A stretch of 64,000 bases of DNA. Origin: Gammaproteobacteria bacterium. GTDB taxonomy: Bacteria > Pseudomonadota > Gammaproteobacteria > GCA-001735895. The position numbers were made by a program, and so were the translations under genes. Positions 26,593 to 40,869 of the stretch are shown here, piece after piece. The notes under the pieces are model-generated. The model was not told the origin of the DNA and did no database searches. It was given only the letters and a program-made list of their open reading frames with translations. Where the stretch lies: positions 1-64,000 of the forward strand of contig JBNKUM010000118.1 of the NCBI GenBank assembly GCA_050298595.1. Direction: 5' to 3'. The stretch's first letter is position 1; each line of letters opens with the position of its first letter.

Positions 26593-29430
26593 CTAAGTTG
26601 AAAGCGCTTCGATCTCGCGGGAAACAGCAACTTCCGTCAGGGGTACCGGCTTGCTGATACCATAGCCCTGAATAAAATCAACCCCGATTTCAACGAGTTT
26701 TTTCAGTGTTTTTTCATTCTCGACAAATTCTGCCACAGTTTTCAGTTGCATGGCGTGGCCGATTTCGTTAATTGACCGCACAAAGGTACAGTCGAGGGGC
26801 TGATCGACAATATTGCGAACAAAACTGCCGTCTATTTTCAATATGTCGATAGGCATATTTTTTAAATAGTTAAAAGAAGACATGCCAACGCCAAAGTCGT
26901 CCAAGGCAAAGCTGCAACCTTTATCGCGCATCTCGGTTATAAAATCGATGGCCCGGTTCAGGTTAAGCACCGCCGCAGTTTCCGTGACTTCAAAGCAGAT
27001 TTGCTTATAGGGTACGCTGTAATACTCAAACCGGTCCAGCAGATACAACAGCATTTTGGTGTCACCCAGTGAATGACCGGATAAGTTGATGGAAAATCGG
27101 GTGTATTTGCGAATCTGTTCACATTGCTCCGTCAGCCAATGAAAAAAATGATTGACCACCCATTTGTCAATCTGGCCAATCAACCCATATCTTTCCGCCG
27201 CCTGCAAAAACATCCCGGGGGCAATCAACTCACCGCCCCGGGACTGCATGCGCAGTAAAATTTCATAGTAGCTATCGGAACTGGCCGCCCTCCCCTCAGT
27301 TGATCCCAGGGGACGGACTTCCTGGGCATAAAGTATGAATCGGTCCTGATCCAGCGCCGCGGCAATTTCTGTGGCCCAGTGCACCTCACCTTTGTATCGC
27401 GCCAGCCGCTGGTCCTCAGGTTGATAAATATGTACCCGATTGCGCCCTTCATATTTGGCGATATAACAGGCCGAATCCCCCAGATGCAGAGGGTTATCGG
27501 ACTCCGGCACCTGGTGCAGGTCGACCAGACCAATGGACGCTCCCACAGTGTATCCCTTGTCCTCCCACTGAAAACGATAATCCTGAATGCGCCGGCGGAT
27601 TTTTTCGGCGATCATATACGCCGGCCCCAACGGACAGTGCTTTAACAGCAAACCAAATTCATCACCACCCAGCCGACCCAGAATATCGTCGCCGCGAATT
27701 TGCAATTGCATTTGCTTGGCGAGTTGCTGCAAAAGCTGATCACCGGCGGTGTGACCGCAGAAATCATTGACTACTTTAAACCGATCCAGGTCGATATACA
27801 GCAACGCGTGTTCAGCGTGCTCCTTTCTTCCCGACTCCATCAGCGATTGTAAACGCCGTTCGAATTCCGCCCGGTTGAGCAGGTTGGTTAAAGAATCGTG
27901 AGCCGCCTGATAGAGCAGACGCTCGTTCATCGCCCGCTTGGCGGTGATGTCCCGAAACACCAGCACCGAGCCAAGACAGGCACCCTCGCGCTTCAACAGC
28001 GGTGTCGCCACCTTTTCGATATACAATTCTTCGCCGCGGCGGTTGGTGAGAATAAAATAGCTGGTTTCGCGTATGACTTTTAATTTATCCAGGCAGAGTT
28101 CAACGATATTTCTTTCAGGCCGGTTTCCCATTTCATCCCGGGTCTGAAAAACTTCAACCAGATTTCTACCTTTGCAGTCCCCCCGGTTCCAACCGGTAAT
28201 CCTCTCTCCCGCGGGGTTGATATACTCTATCCGCCCTTCACAGTCGGTGCTAATAACACCGTCGTGTATAGAAGACAGGGTAGTGGCGGCCCTGTCTCTC
28301 TGCAGTTGTAAGTCGGCGCGGGATTCGGCTAAAGCCGCCAGCATTGCATTAAAGGATTCCGCGAAATAGCCCAGTTCATCATCTCCATCGACACTGGCGC
28401 GCATTTCCAAGTCCCTTTTTTTGCGGATTGCATGCACATCTTCATTCAGCCGTGACAGGCGTTTCAACACCATATAGTCAAGGAATAACAATATCAGACC
28501 CGTGGATACCATTGCCAGAACCGCCAGCGCCACAACCAACGAATCGCTGGTATGCTCTGCCTGCTCCATAATTTCGCGCCCGGTGCCAAGACGCAGAATC
28601 TCTATCGGCTTCCTGTTTATATCGCGGATATAACTGTAGGACTCAATTCGTTCGCTATCGAGGGGCTGAATTACCGTTTTGCGCCCTTGTTTTAGTAATT
28701 CCAAAACAGTGCCGTCGAACCCGTGCCGTGCCGTGGCAGCCTGTCCGGACAATGGCAACACATCAAGTTCCAGCAGCAACTTTTCCGACAGCGTTGCCAA
28801 CGCAGTGGGTGTAAGCTTCCGGGCCATAATCAATGTGCCATTGACCGGACCTTCGCCGCTGCTGGTTAGTATCGGTTGCGACGAAAGCAGCCACGGCTCG
28901 CGCCCCACCTGCAGAAATCCGTTCACCCGCCCCGCCACCTCGGTTTGCAACAGTGTTTTGCGCCTGGCTGAAAAAGTACTCACTAACAAAGCGGGCAGAG
29001 GTGCCAGTTGCCCCTGCTCTTTATCCGCACCAGTGCCATAGACCAGTTCGCCAGCATTGTTATAGAAGGCGATAGCGTCGAGAGGAATATTGTGAAATAT
29101 ATCAAAGGTGATATTGGAATCGATATAAGACTGATGTTTTAGTCGCACAAAATCATGGGATTGATTCCACGCCGCCCAGTCTCTCACCAGCCCGCTGAGC
29201 GCGTCGATTTCCTGTTGCAGCGCATTGTGAGCCCGGGCCGTGTCTTTCTGTAAGGCTTTTTCCTCCAGCGCCAGATAGCCGTTTTGGATCCTGGACTCGA
29301 TGACCCAGTAAAGCCCCACAATCAATAACGCCTGGGAGACAGCCAGTAGCAGCAATACTTTGCGGCGCAGGCTATGCCCCTTGTCGATGGCATCTGACCG
29401 GGAAATAGCAATTTTAGTGGATTCAGCCAT
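26593..29430 (-). CDS. CHASE4-HAMP-PAS-GGDEF-EAL membrane c-di-GMP enzyme
   Basis: Two TM helices around DWAAW CHASE4; HAMP DELGYFAESFNAM; PAS; intact GGDEF; EILLR and DDFG. Confidence 0.93.
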   Translation of the reverse strand: MAESTKIAISRSDAIDKGHSLRRKVLLLLAVSQALLIVGLYWVIESRIQNGYLALEEKALQKDTARAHNALQQEIDALSGLVRDWAAWNQSHDFVRLKHQSYIDSNITFDIFHNIPLDAIAFYNNAGELVYGTGADKEQGQLAPLPALLVSTFSARRKTLLQTEVAGRVNGFLQVGREPWLLSSQPILTSSGEGPVNGTLIMARKLTPTALATLSEKLLLELDVLPLSGQAATARHGFDGTVLELLKQGRKTVIQPLDSERIESYSYIRDINRKPIEILRLGTGREIMEQAEHTSDSLVVALAVLAMVSTGLILLFLDYMVLKRLSRLNEDVHAIRKKRDLEMRASVDGDDELGYFAESFNAMLAALAESRADLQLQRDRAATTLSSIHDGVISTDCEGRIEYINPAGERITGWNRGDCKGRNLVEVFQTRDEMGNRPERNIVELCLDKLKVIRETSYFILTNRRGEELYIEKVATPLLKREGACLGSVLVFRDITAKRAMNERLLYQAAHDSLTNLLNRAEFERRLQSLMESGRKEHAEHALLYIDLDRFKVVNDFCGHTAGDQLLQQLAKQMQLQIRGDDILGRLGGDEFGLLLKHCPLGPAYMIAEKIRRRIQDYRFQWEDKGYTVGASIGLVDLHQVPESDNPLHLGDSACYIAKYEGRNRVHIYQPEDQRLARYKGEVHWATEIAAALDQDRFILYAQEVRPLGSTEGRAASSDSYYEILLRMQSRGGELIAPGMFLQAAERYGLIGQIDKWVVNHFFHWLTEQCEQIRKYTRFSINLSGHSLGDTKMLLYLLDRFEYYSVPYKQICFEVTETAAVLNLNRAIDFITEMRDKGCSFALDDFGVGMSSFNYLKNMPIDILKIDGSFVRNIVDQPLDCTFVRSINEIGHAMQLKTVAEFVENEKTLKKLVEIGVDFIQGYGISKPVPLTEVAVSREIEALST

Positions 29431-29488
29431 AATTACTTCTGCAGCGAAAATATGCCCTATTAATACAATTTAGTTAAAATTTTCACAT

Positions 29489-32400
29489 TCAGCCGAGTAA
29501 GCAACGATTACGGCCCTGATTTTTGGCCTCGTAAAGCTTTTCGTCGGCACGGGCAAAAACATTTTCGATGGTCTCTTCGCCGGAAAACACCGCCAGTCCC
29601 ACGGAAATGGTGACCTGCACAGGCTTATTCTTAAAGCGAAAAGGGGTGATGGCGATGGTTTCGCGAATTTTATCGAGGATTTGCAGAGAAACTTCCCCAT
29701 TGGTTTCCGGCAACAGCAGCACAAACTCCTCACCACCGTAACGGGCGATAAAGTCCACTTTGCGCAAGCGCCGAAAAATAGCACGGCTGAGCACGATGAG
29801 CACTCGATCACCGGCCTGGTGGCCATAACTGTCATTGATCTTTTTGAAAAAGTCGATATCGCAAATCGCCAGGGTTAGCGGGTGCCGGTAGCGCTTCCAG
29901 CGCTGGTATTCCATAAACACCCGCTCACTATAGGCTTGCCGGTTCGGCAATTGGGTCAACGGGTCCTGCAACGCCTTGCGTCTTTGCTTTTCTATATCGA
30001 TTTTGTGCTGTTGCGCCTGAGCCTCCATGCATTCAACTCGGCTGACCAAAGCCTGTAACTGTTGTTCCAGTGGCGCGTCAGTGGAATTTTGACTCAGTTG
30101 AAAACGCTCCAACGCGGTTTGAATGGAATCTATGTGCGTATTTACCTGGCTTTTCAGGCTTTCAATGTCTGTGGCAGTGGTGAGCGATGTCTGCAGTGTC
30201 TGCATCTGTCCGCCCAGACTGGCTTGAAGATTTTCCGTTGCCCGGCGCATATCCGCCTCGGCGTTTATAGTTCCCCCCAACCGCTGACAGACAGTTTCCA
30301 GTTCCGTGTTGACCGTGGCGAGATATTCTTCAAACTTACGGTCGGAGGTTAAATGGGCTTGTATAACCAGATCGCGAATATCCTCCAGCGCCGGTACCAG
30401 TTCATACCAATTGAGTCCCCGGCCAATCCGCTGCCTGGTATCGGTCGCTTTTTCTTCCACACAGGCGACCGGTTCGACATTCTCCAGCAATTCCATCAAT
30501 ACCTGGGTTACCTTAGCGGATATATTGGAAAAGGCCGGTTCTCCAGCTTCTTGAAAGTCGCATTGCGCTTCACCGTCGGTTTCACTCCCACAGATTGCTG
30601 GTTCTGGTTCTGGTTCTGGCTCTGGTTCAGTTTTAGTCTCAGTAACTTCACTATCTGCAGTAACTTTCTGGATGCTTTCCGGCTGACTATCTGGCTTTTT
30701 CTGCGTGCTTACTTTGACAGTGGCAGTGGCTTTATCTTCAGATTTTCGGCTGAGTAAGCGGATCAGACTTTTGCTTAAGTCAACAATAAAGTCACGCAGA
30801 GCAAACAGCATGGCAAGGACAAAAATCCACACAAAATTAAACGTGGCAGCAATATAGTCCAGCAAGCCTTTTTCAGCATCTTCATCGAGTTCACAGTCAA
30901 TTTCACCACCATCAAGCACTGGATCGTAGGGTAAATCGCCATATATAGTGGTCCCGCTAGCATCAATGGTTTTTTCTGCAAAAGCCTTACGTACACTTAT
31001 CGTGCCTAATGGAATAACCACCAGAGTCAATACCGTAGAAACCAGCACACCAAAAGCCAGGGATATCGCCATGCCTTTAAAAATAGGATCAAAAATAATG
31101 ACGCCAGATCCTCCGACCAGGGCTAACGCAGTAACGACTATGGGACGTGTTCTGGCTTTACAGGCACCTAATACCGAATCACAAACAGGCTTACCCGCTT
31201 CTATTTCATGCTTGGTAAAATCGACCAGTAAGATAGAGTTTCGTACGATAATACCGGCCAGAGCGATAAAGCCGATCATTGATGTAGCGGTAAATTCTGC
31301 ACCAAACAACCAGTGGCCGGGGATAATCCCAACCAGCGTTAAGGGTATAGGTGCCATAATGACCGCGGGCAGACTAAAATTGCCAAACTCCATCACCACC
31401 AGCATATAAATCAGAATAATCGCCGCACCAAAAGCCATACCCATGTCACGGAATGTTTCGTAGGTTACCGTCCATTCACCCGCCCATTCAAAACCAGAAA
31501 CCTGATCTGTATCTGGAGGGCCTGTCCAGGTACCTTTAAGTTCAACCCCATCTGGAGTGGTATAGTCTTCCAGTGAGTCTATAACATCAAACATGCCATA
31601 GATTGGCGCACCCAGTTTACCCTGAGTTTCACCAGTCACGAATTCGACAGGCCTCAAGTCTTTGTGATAGATCACCTGGTCCTGCACAGTTTGAGTGAAG
31701 TCACCAAGCTCACCCAATGGCACACTGCCACCAAATTGGCTCGAAACAGGCATCTCTTTGAGGCGAGCCAGGTCTGCTCGAACATCGAAAGGCACCTGAA
31801 TTACAATGAAGGTTGGCTCAAGTTTATAACCATCTTTGACATCACCTAACACGTATTCACCCAGCGACATCTGTAATGTTCGGTTGATGGTATCCACTGA
31901 GATTCCACGTCTTACCGCTTTTTCCGTATCCACTTCAAAGCGCCAGACTTTATAGGGCTCTGCAATCAAGGTATCAACATCGGTAATGTTTTCCGACGCA
32001 TTAAATCTCTTTTCCAGGTCATGCGCCACCTGTCGACGGATGTCTTCGTCAGGGCCATAAACCTCAGCAACTACCGATTGTAGAACGGGTGGACCTGGAG
32101 GCATTTCAACAACCTGAATCTTCACATTATCGTTATCACCAATCACCTCATGTAGACGAGCACGCACGTCTTCGGCTATTTCATGACTGCTACGATCACG
32201 GTGTTTCTTATCCAGTAACTGCACCTGAATATCAGCCTCCCAGGGCTGGGTTCTCAGATAATAGTGGCGCACCAATCCATTAAAATTGAAAGGCGACGAT
32301 GCCCCAACATAGGTCTGCAGTGCAGTAACTTCTTCGACAGTCAGGATTTTCTCGGCCAACTCATTCACCTGATTGGCGGTGAGAGGTAAAGCAGAACCTT

Positions 32401-34210
32401 CCTTCATATTAACCACAACATTGAATTCGGGCTTGTTATCCAGGGGCAACATCTTGACCGGTACAGCCTTGGTATAAAACATGGATGCACACAAAAAGAA
32501 TACGATAAACAGGCTGGCGAGGAAGATGCGTCCCTTAGTTTTGTTGGTAATTAAAGGAATGAGTATTTTACGAAACAGATTGCCCAGCAATTCATTCTGA
32601 GAATGTTCAGACTCTTCCATCTCCTTGAGCTTTTCCATTGATGGCTTAATACGCATGGCCAGCCAGGGGGTAAACATAAAGGCTGCAAATACTGAAAACA
32701 GCATAGCAAAAGAACCCAGTGATGGAATCGGTTCCATATAAGGCCCCATCATCCCACGCACAAACCCCATGGGTAATAACGCAGCGATTACGGTCAGTGT
32801 TGCCAGGATAGTCGGGTTACCCACCTCTCTCACCGCATCGATAGCAATATCAGTTTCGGTACTTTCAGCCATCAACCAGCGCCGGTAGATATTCTCTACT
32901 ACGACGATGGCATCATCCACCAGAATCCCTATAGAAAATATCAATGCAAACAGACTCACCCTGTCGATGGTATAACCCGTTATCAGCGCATAAAATACCG
33001 TCACCAGTATGACCACAGGAATGACGATCATAACAACCAGAGCTGGCTCCCAACGAAAGTTAAGCGCAGCCCAGATTAAAACCACCACTATGCCTGTTGC
33101 TATGAATAACTTAAGAATCAGGCCATTGACCTTTTGCTCTGCTGATTTACCATAGTTTCGGGTCACAGCCACATGAATATTGTCGGGAATGACATTCCCC
33201 TTCATGGCTTCCACCTTAGCCAGGATATCTTCAGCTACTTCAACGCCATTCGAGCCTTTCTTTTTTGCTATCGCAACAGTAACCGCCGAGGCAGCGTAGG
33301 CTGCTTCAGCATTCTCTTCAAGGTGCTGGGCTGAGGTGTAATAATTGACTATCGATTTTGCATCGGCAGGTGCCGCAGTCACTCGTGCAATATCACGCAC
33401 ATAAACTGGAGAGCCATCATTGATCGCAACCACCAGACTTTCAATATCACTGACAGTTTTAAGAAAAGCTCCGGAATAAACCTTTGCGCTTTTATCATTG
33501 GATTCAATGTCACCCAGGCCGATTTCACTATTCGCTGTACGAATGGTATTAGCAATTTGATCCAGTGAAATATCATAACCGGAGAGCCTTTCGGGTAATA
33601 TTTCAATCTTAAGCTCATCTGAGCGGCCACCCACAACAAAGCCCTGGGCGGCATTTTCAACCGTACTGATAGATTGTAGAACATCCAGAGCGACTAATCT
33701 AAGAATGGAATCATCGTGTTCATTCGACCATAGCGTAAGAGTCACAACAGGAACATCATCAACCCCCTTTGGCTTTACCAGAGGTTGATCAACACCGGGT
33801 GGTATCTTGTCCATATTGGAAGAGAGTTTGTCGTACACCTTGACCAGTGATTTCTCCAGATCCTCACCAACCTCAAACTGTACGGTGACCATGCCCTGGT
33901 CACGAGTCGCAGCTGAATACACATGATCGACACCAGAAATCTCATTCAGCATTCGCTCCAGTGGATCGGTCGCCAGCCTGGATACCTGTTGCGCGGAGGC
34001 ACCTTTATAGCTGATAAAGATATCCACCATGGGGACTGATATCTGAGGGTCCTCCTGACGTGGTGTTAAAAACACGCCAAGAACACCTAGCGCGAAGCAG
34101 GCAATAAGTAGCAACGGGGTAAGTGGAGAATGAATAAAGGCCTTAGCCAGGTTACCGGCAATACCCAACGATTTATTTTTATGGTTTTTTGTATTATTTT
34201 GCTGTGTCAT
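29489..34210 (-). CDS. AcrB/CzcA-superfamily RND permease fused in frame to a coiled-coil GGDEF diguanylate cyclase (fusion may be artefactual)
   Basis: RND motifs PRQEDPQI, GILVDDAIVVVENI, RNSILLVDF, RTRPI. After an (EP)5 linker comes DPLTQLPNR...RKVD..ARYGGEEF. Confidence 0.8.
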   Translation of the reverse strand: MTQQNNTKNHKNKSLGIAGNLAKAFIHSPLTPLLLIACFALGVLGVFLTPRQEDPQISVPMVDIFISYKGASAQQVSRLATDPLERMLNEISGVDHVYSAATRDQGMVTVQFEVGEDLEKSLVKVYDKLSSNMDKIPPGVDQPLVKPKGVDDVPVVTLTLWSNEHDDSILRLVALDVLQSISTVENAAQGFVVGGRSDELKIEILPERLSGYDISLDQIANTIRTANSEIGLGDIESNDKSAKVYSGAFLKTVSDIESLVVAINDGSPVYVRDIARVTAAPADAKSIVNYYTSAQHLEENAEAAYAASAVTVAIAKKKGSNGVEVAEDILAKVEAMKGNVIPDNIHVAVTRNYGKSAEQKVNGLILKLFIATGIVVVLIWAALNFRWEPALVVMIVIPVVILVTVFYALITGYTIDRVSLFALIFSIGILVDDAIVVVENIYRRWLMAESTETDIAIDAVREVGNPTILATLTVIAALLPMGFVRGMMGPYMEPIPSLGSFAMLFSVFAAFMFTPWLAMRIKPSMEKLKEMEESEHSQNELLGNLFRKILIPLITNKTKGRIFLASLFIVFFLCASMFYTKAVPVKMLPLDNKPEFNVVVNMKEGSALPLTANQVNELAEKILTVEEVTALQTYVGASSPFNFNGLVRHYYLRTQPWEADIQVQLLDKKHRDRSSHEIAEDVRARLHEVIGDNDNVKIQVVEMPPGPPVLQSVVAEVYGPDEDIRRQVAHDLEKRFNASENITDVDTLIAEPYKVWRFEVDTEKAVRRGISVDTINRTLQMSLGEYVLGDVKDGYKLEPTFIVIQVPFDVRADLARLKEMPVSSQFGGSVPLGELGDFTQTVQDQVIYHKDLRPVEFVTGETQGKLGAPIYGMFDVIDSLEDYTTPDGVELKGTWTGPPDTDQVSGFEWAGEWTVTYETFRDMGMAFGAAIILIYMLVVMEFGNFSLPAVIMAPIPLTLVGIIPGHWLFGAEFTATSMIGFIALAGIIVRNSILLVDFTKHEIEAGKPVCDSVLGACKARTRPIVVTALALVGGSGVIIFDPIFKGMAISLAFGVLVSTVLTLVVIPLGTISVRKAFAEKTIDASGTTIYGDLPYDPVLDGGEIDCELDEDAEKGLLDYIAATFNFVWIFVLAMLFALRDFIVDLSKSLIRLLSRKSEDKATATVKVSTQKKPDSQPESIQKVTADSEVTETKTEPEPEPEPEPAICGSETDGEAQCDFQEAGEPAFSNISAKVTQVLMELLENVEPVACVEEKATDTRQRIGRGLNWYELVPALEDIRDLVIQAHLTSDRKFEEYLATVNTELETVCQRLGGTINAEADMRRATENLQASLGGQMQTLQTSLTTATDIESLKSQVNTHIDSIQTALERFQLSQNSTDAPLEQQLQALVSRVECMEAQAQQHKIDIEKQRRKALQDPLTQLPNRQAYSERVFMEYQRWKRYRHPLTLAICDIDFFKKINDSYGHQAGDRVLIVLSRAIFRRLRKVDFIARYGGEEFVLLLPETNGEVSLQILDKIRETIAITPFRFKNKPVQVTISVGLAVFSGEETIENVFARADEKLYEAKNQGRNRCLLG
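30599..30628 (-). repeat. (GARCCA)5 hexamer repeat encoding EPEPEPEPEP
   Basis: TGGTTC TGGTTC TGGTTC TGGCTC TGGTTC on the + strand. Confidence 0.95.
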
Positions 34211-34265
34211 TGTCGGATATCAGGATTTTATACGTGAGTGAAATAGCCTCTTGTTGATAGAGAGG

Positions 34266-35444
34266 TTACTGACTGTCGCTATCGCTGTTACTTGTTTTGC
34301 TTTCTACATCCGGCTTCCACCCAGATTTGATCGTTTTTGGTGGCGCACTAATGATTTTATCTCCAGACTTGATGCCTGATAGCACGGTAACTCTAGTCGC
34401 ATCATAGTCAGAGCCCAGCCTTACAATCCTCATCTTCGCCTGGTTTTCTTCATCCAGGATATAAACACTGGGCAGGCTGCCACGATAGATCACTGCATCT
34501 TTAGGAATAACAGGAACAAGTCTTCTATCTGCAGTAGTATCATTAATCGTCACCTCAGCATACAACCCTGGTCCACCTGGTGTGCCCTCTGGCAGATCAA
34601 ACTTTACGGTTACGGTATGTTTTTGTTTATCAGCAACTGGATATATTTGAGCGACCTTGGCTTTGGTGAAACTATTGTTTATATCCAGTTTGACATCAAC
34701 CAGGCTTCCTTTAGTCAAACCAAAAATCAGTCTTGCGGGGACTTCGGCCTGAATTCTAAGGTATTGGGTGTGAGCAAATTTCAGCAAGGGTGTGCCTGGT
34801 TGAACCGTATCGCCCTCTTCAACCATCTTGCGTACCAGCTTCCCATCAAATGGCGCAATCGCTCGAGCATCACGTAATTTGGCATCCAGTTCTTCCAGTC
34901 CAGAACGCGCCTTCATGACCATAGACTCTGCATTTTGCACCTGCGCTCCAGATGAATATAAGTCTCCATAGCGTTCGATATCCGGGTTACCAACGCCCAT
35001 CATGTTACCCATATTTTTGGTAAACATATTGTCGAACAAAGTTGGCATACCAAGCCCCGGCATACCGCTCAGGCTTTCTGCACGGGGAGAAATTAATTCG
35101 CGAGAATATTGAACCCTGGCATTGCGTAAACCGGATTCCGCATTTGAAAGTTGGGCTAACGCAGCTCTGCGCTGGGCGACCAGATCATCATCATCAATCG
35201 AGAGTAGTAAATTATTTTTCTGGAAGAAGTCACCCTCTGATCCGGCAATATATTGAACCCGGCCAGGAACCTGAGCTGAAAGCGTCACCTCTTTATAGGG
35301 AATAACCGTTCCACCAATTTTTATTTTATTTCCGAATTCAGCAGACTCAACAGTCATCAACTGCCATGCATGAGTACTACTCGATAAAACAGTAAGTATT
35401 GTAGCTATTGCCAGAGATGATTTTTTGAGATGGTTTGATTTCAT
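34266..35444 (-). CDS. RND efflux periplasmic adaptor (membrane fusion protein)
   Basis: Lipoyl halves AQVPGRV..I.GSEGD and APFDG..V...VEEGDTVQPG; directly upstream of the RND permease. Confidence 0.92.
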   Translation of the reverse strand: MKSNHLKKSSLAIATILTVLSSSTHAWQLMTVESAEFGNKIKIGGTVIPYKEVTLSAQVPGRVQYIAGSEGDFFQKNNLLLSIDDDDLVAQRRAALAQLSNAESGLRNARVQYSRELISPRAESLSGMPGLGMPTLFDNMFTKNMGNMMGVGNPDIERYGDLYSSGAQVQNAESMVMKARSGLEELDAKLRDARAIAPFDGKLVRKMVEEGDTVQPGTPLLKFAHTQYLRIQAEVPARLIFGLTKGSLVDVKLDINNSFTKAKVAQIYPVADKQKHTVTVKFDLPEGTPGGPGLYAEVTINDTTADRRLVPVIPKDAVIYRGSLPSVYILDEENQAKMRIVRLGSDYDATRVTVLSGIKSGDKIISAPPKTIKSGWKPDVESKTSNSDSDSQ

Positions 35445-35871
35445 TTTTATATTACCAATATCGCTTGATCAGGCCGCTTTATTTATAGTTAAAGGCTGGA
35501 CCTGAAACTTAATCCAGATCTAAAACCTTCTTTATTTTTAGTAACTACATCTGCTAATCAATTTTGAATTTGATGGATTAAGCTACTTATTACCCAATGT
35601 ACTCTTTGAACCATGAGGTATAAAACCCGTGAAGTCTAGCAAGAATTCACTTATGGCGCATACATTAGACTTTTTGTTTTTCTTTTATCTCAAACTGGTG
35701 CCAACTTGATACGGGAGTATATTAGCAAGCATTAATATAGATATCAATGTAAGAATTATCTGCCTCTCCCAAAAAATCAAACAGTAATGATTTCTGACTC
35801 ATCCGAACTACACTGAACTATCGACTATATATCGTAGAGCATTTAAACCTGTTCACATTGATTAAATCTGA

Positions 35872-36582
35872 TTACCTGTTTAGTCCCATATCAAGGAAGA
35901 CCTGAGCTAATCGAAGGTCTTCAGGGTGAGTTATTTTTATATTTCTACCATCTCCCTGCACCAGTCGAGGATGATAGCCGCTCAACTCCATAGCAGAGGC
36001 ATCATCTGTAACTAATAAATTCTGGGTTAGAATCGACTCTAGCGCCGTATAGATTTTACTAAGATAGAATGCCTGTGGAGTCAACGCCCGCCACAGGTGT
36101 TCACGAGGCTGTGTACTCAACACAGTAAGATCAGTATTCGCCTTTTTTAATGTATCCGCCAATGGTGTTGCCAACAGTGCGCCATCTTCACATCCCCTGG
36201 CAACCTGTAATAAGAGGTCAAGATCCTGATGCAGGACAAATGGCCTTACTGCATCGTGGATCATCACTATACAGTCTGCAGTGAGTTGAGATTTCAATGA
36301 GCTGAGCCCATTGAAAACAGAGTGATGCCTCTGCGCACCACCGATACAGGTTAACAGTGGTTTATTGGAATGATATTTAAGTAGTGGCCAGTGATCATCG
36401 CTTTCACTCAATATCAACATAACGCCATCGATTGCGTGAAAACTAAACAGGTTATCTAGCGTATGCTCTAACACTGTTTTATCACCCAAAGACAGATATT
36501 GCTTAGGCCGGTCAGCACCTATGCGTGACCCTACACCCGTTGCAGGAATTACGGCCCAACATTGAGGATTAGTAGAAGACAT
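35872..36582 (-). CDS. ispD: 2-C-methyl-D-erythritol 4-phosphate cytidylyltransferase
   Basis: PATGVGSR..PKQY, HDAVRP, TDDASA, NIKITHPEDL. Confidence 0.96.
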   Translation of the reverse strand: MSSTNPQCWAVIPATGVGSRIGADRPKQYLSLGDKTVLEHTLDNLFSFHAIDGVMLILSESDDHWPLLKYHSNKPLLTCIGGAQRHHSVFNGLSSLKSQLTADCIVMIHDAVRPFVLHQDLDLLLQVARGCEDGALLATPLADTLKKANTDLTVLSTQPREHLWRALTPQAFYLSKIYTALESILTQNLLVTDDASAMELSGYHPRLVQGDGRNIKITHPEDLRLAQVFLDMGLNR

Positions 36583-36875
36583 CAGGGCTCACCTGCCGCC
36601 TGCTGCGGGTTGACTAATTGATAAAAGGTTTCGCCTTTTTTAATCATCCCCAGGTCATTACGTGCTTTTTCTTCGTAAGCATCAAATCCGTTTTGTAGAT
36701 CTAAAACCTGAGCTTCCAGTTTGCGATTGCGCTCTTCCAGTAGCTTCAGCTTCTGCTTTTGAATTTCCAGCTCTGCAGATAGTTGCACGACTTCTGACAG
36801 GCTTCCATCACCAAACCAGAGTCGATACTGTAATACCAGAAAAGCAACGATTAATGCTGCAATCAACAGGCGCAT
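36582..36875 (-). CDS. ftsB: Cell division protein FtsB
   Basis: LQYRLWFGDGS, EEKARNDLGMIK; eno-ftsB-ispD synteny. Confidence 0.96.
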   Translation of the reverse strand: MRLLIAALIVAFLVLQYRLWFGDGSLSEVVQLSAELEIQKQKLKLLEERNRKLEAQVLDLQNGFDAYEEKARNDLGMIKKGETFYQLVNPQQAAGEP

Positions 36876-36917
36876 CCCTTCACCTGTTCTATAATGTCAA
36901 AACATAAAAATCGCAAT

Positions 36918-38210
<1,293 letters not shown>

Positions 38211-38298
38211 TTAGATATTTGATTTACCTTTCAGCTTATCCGCTTCAGGTAACAGTTGTATAAACAGGATGCCTGAGAACCAGACTCTTCCCGTAATA

Positions 38299-40835
<2,537 letters not shown>

Positions 40836-40869
40836 TTAACTCAATCGATATAGCAGATAACTAAGCGCT

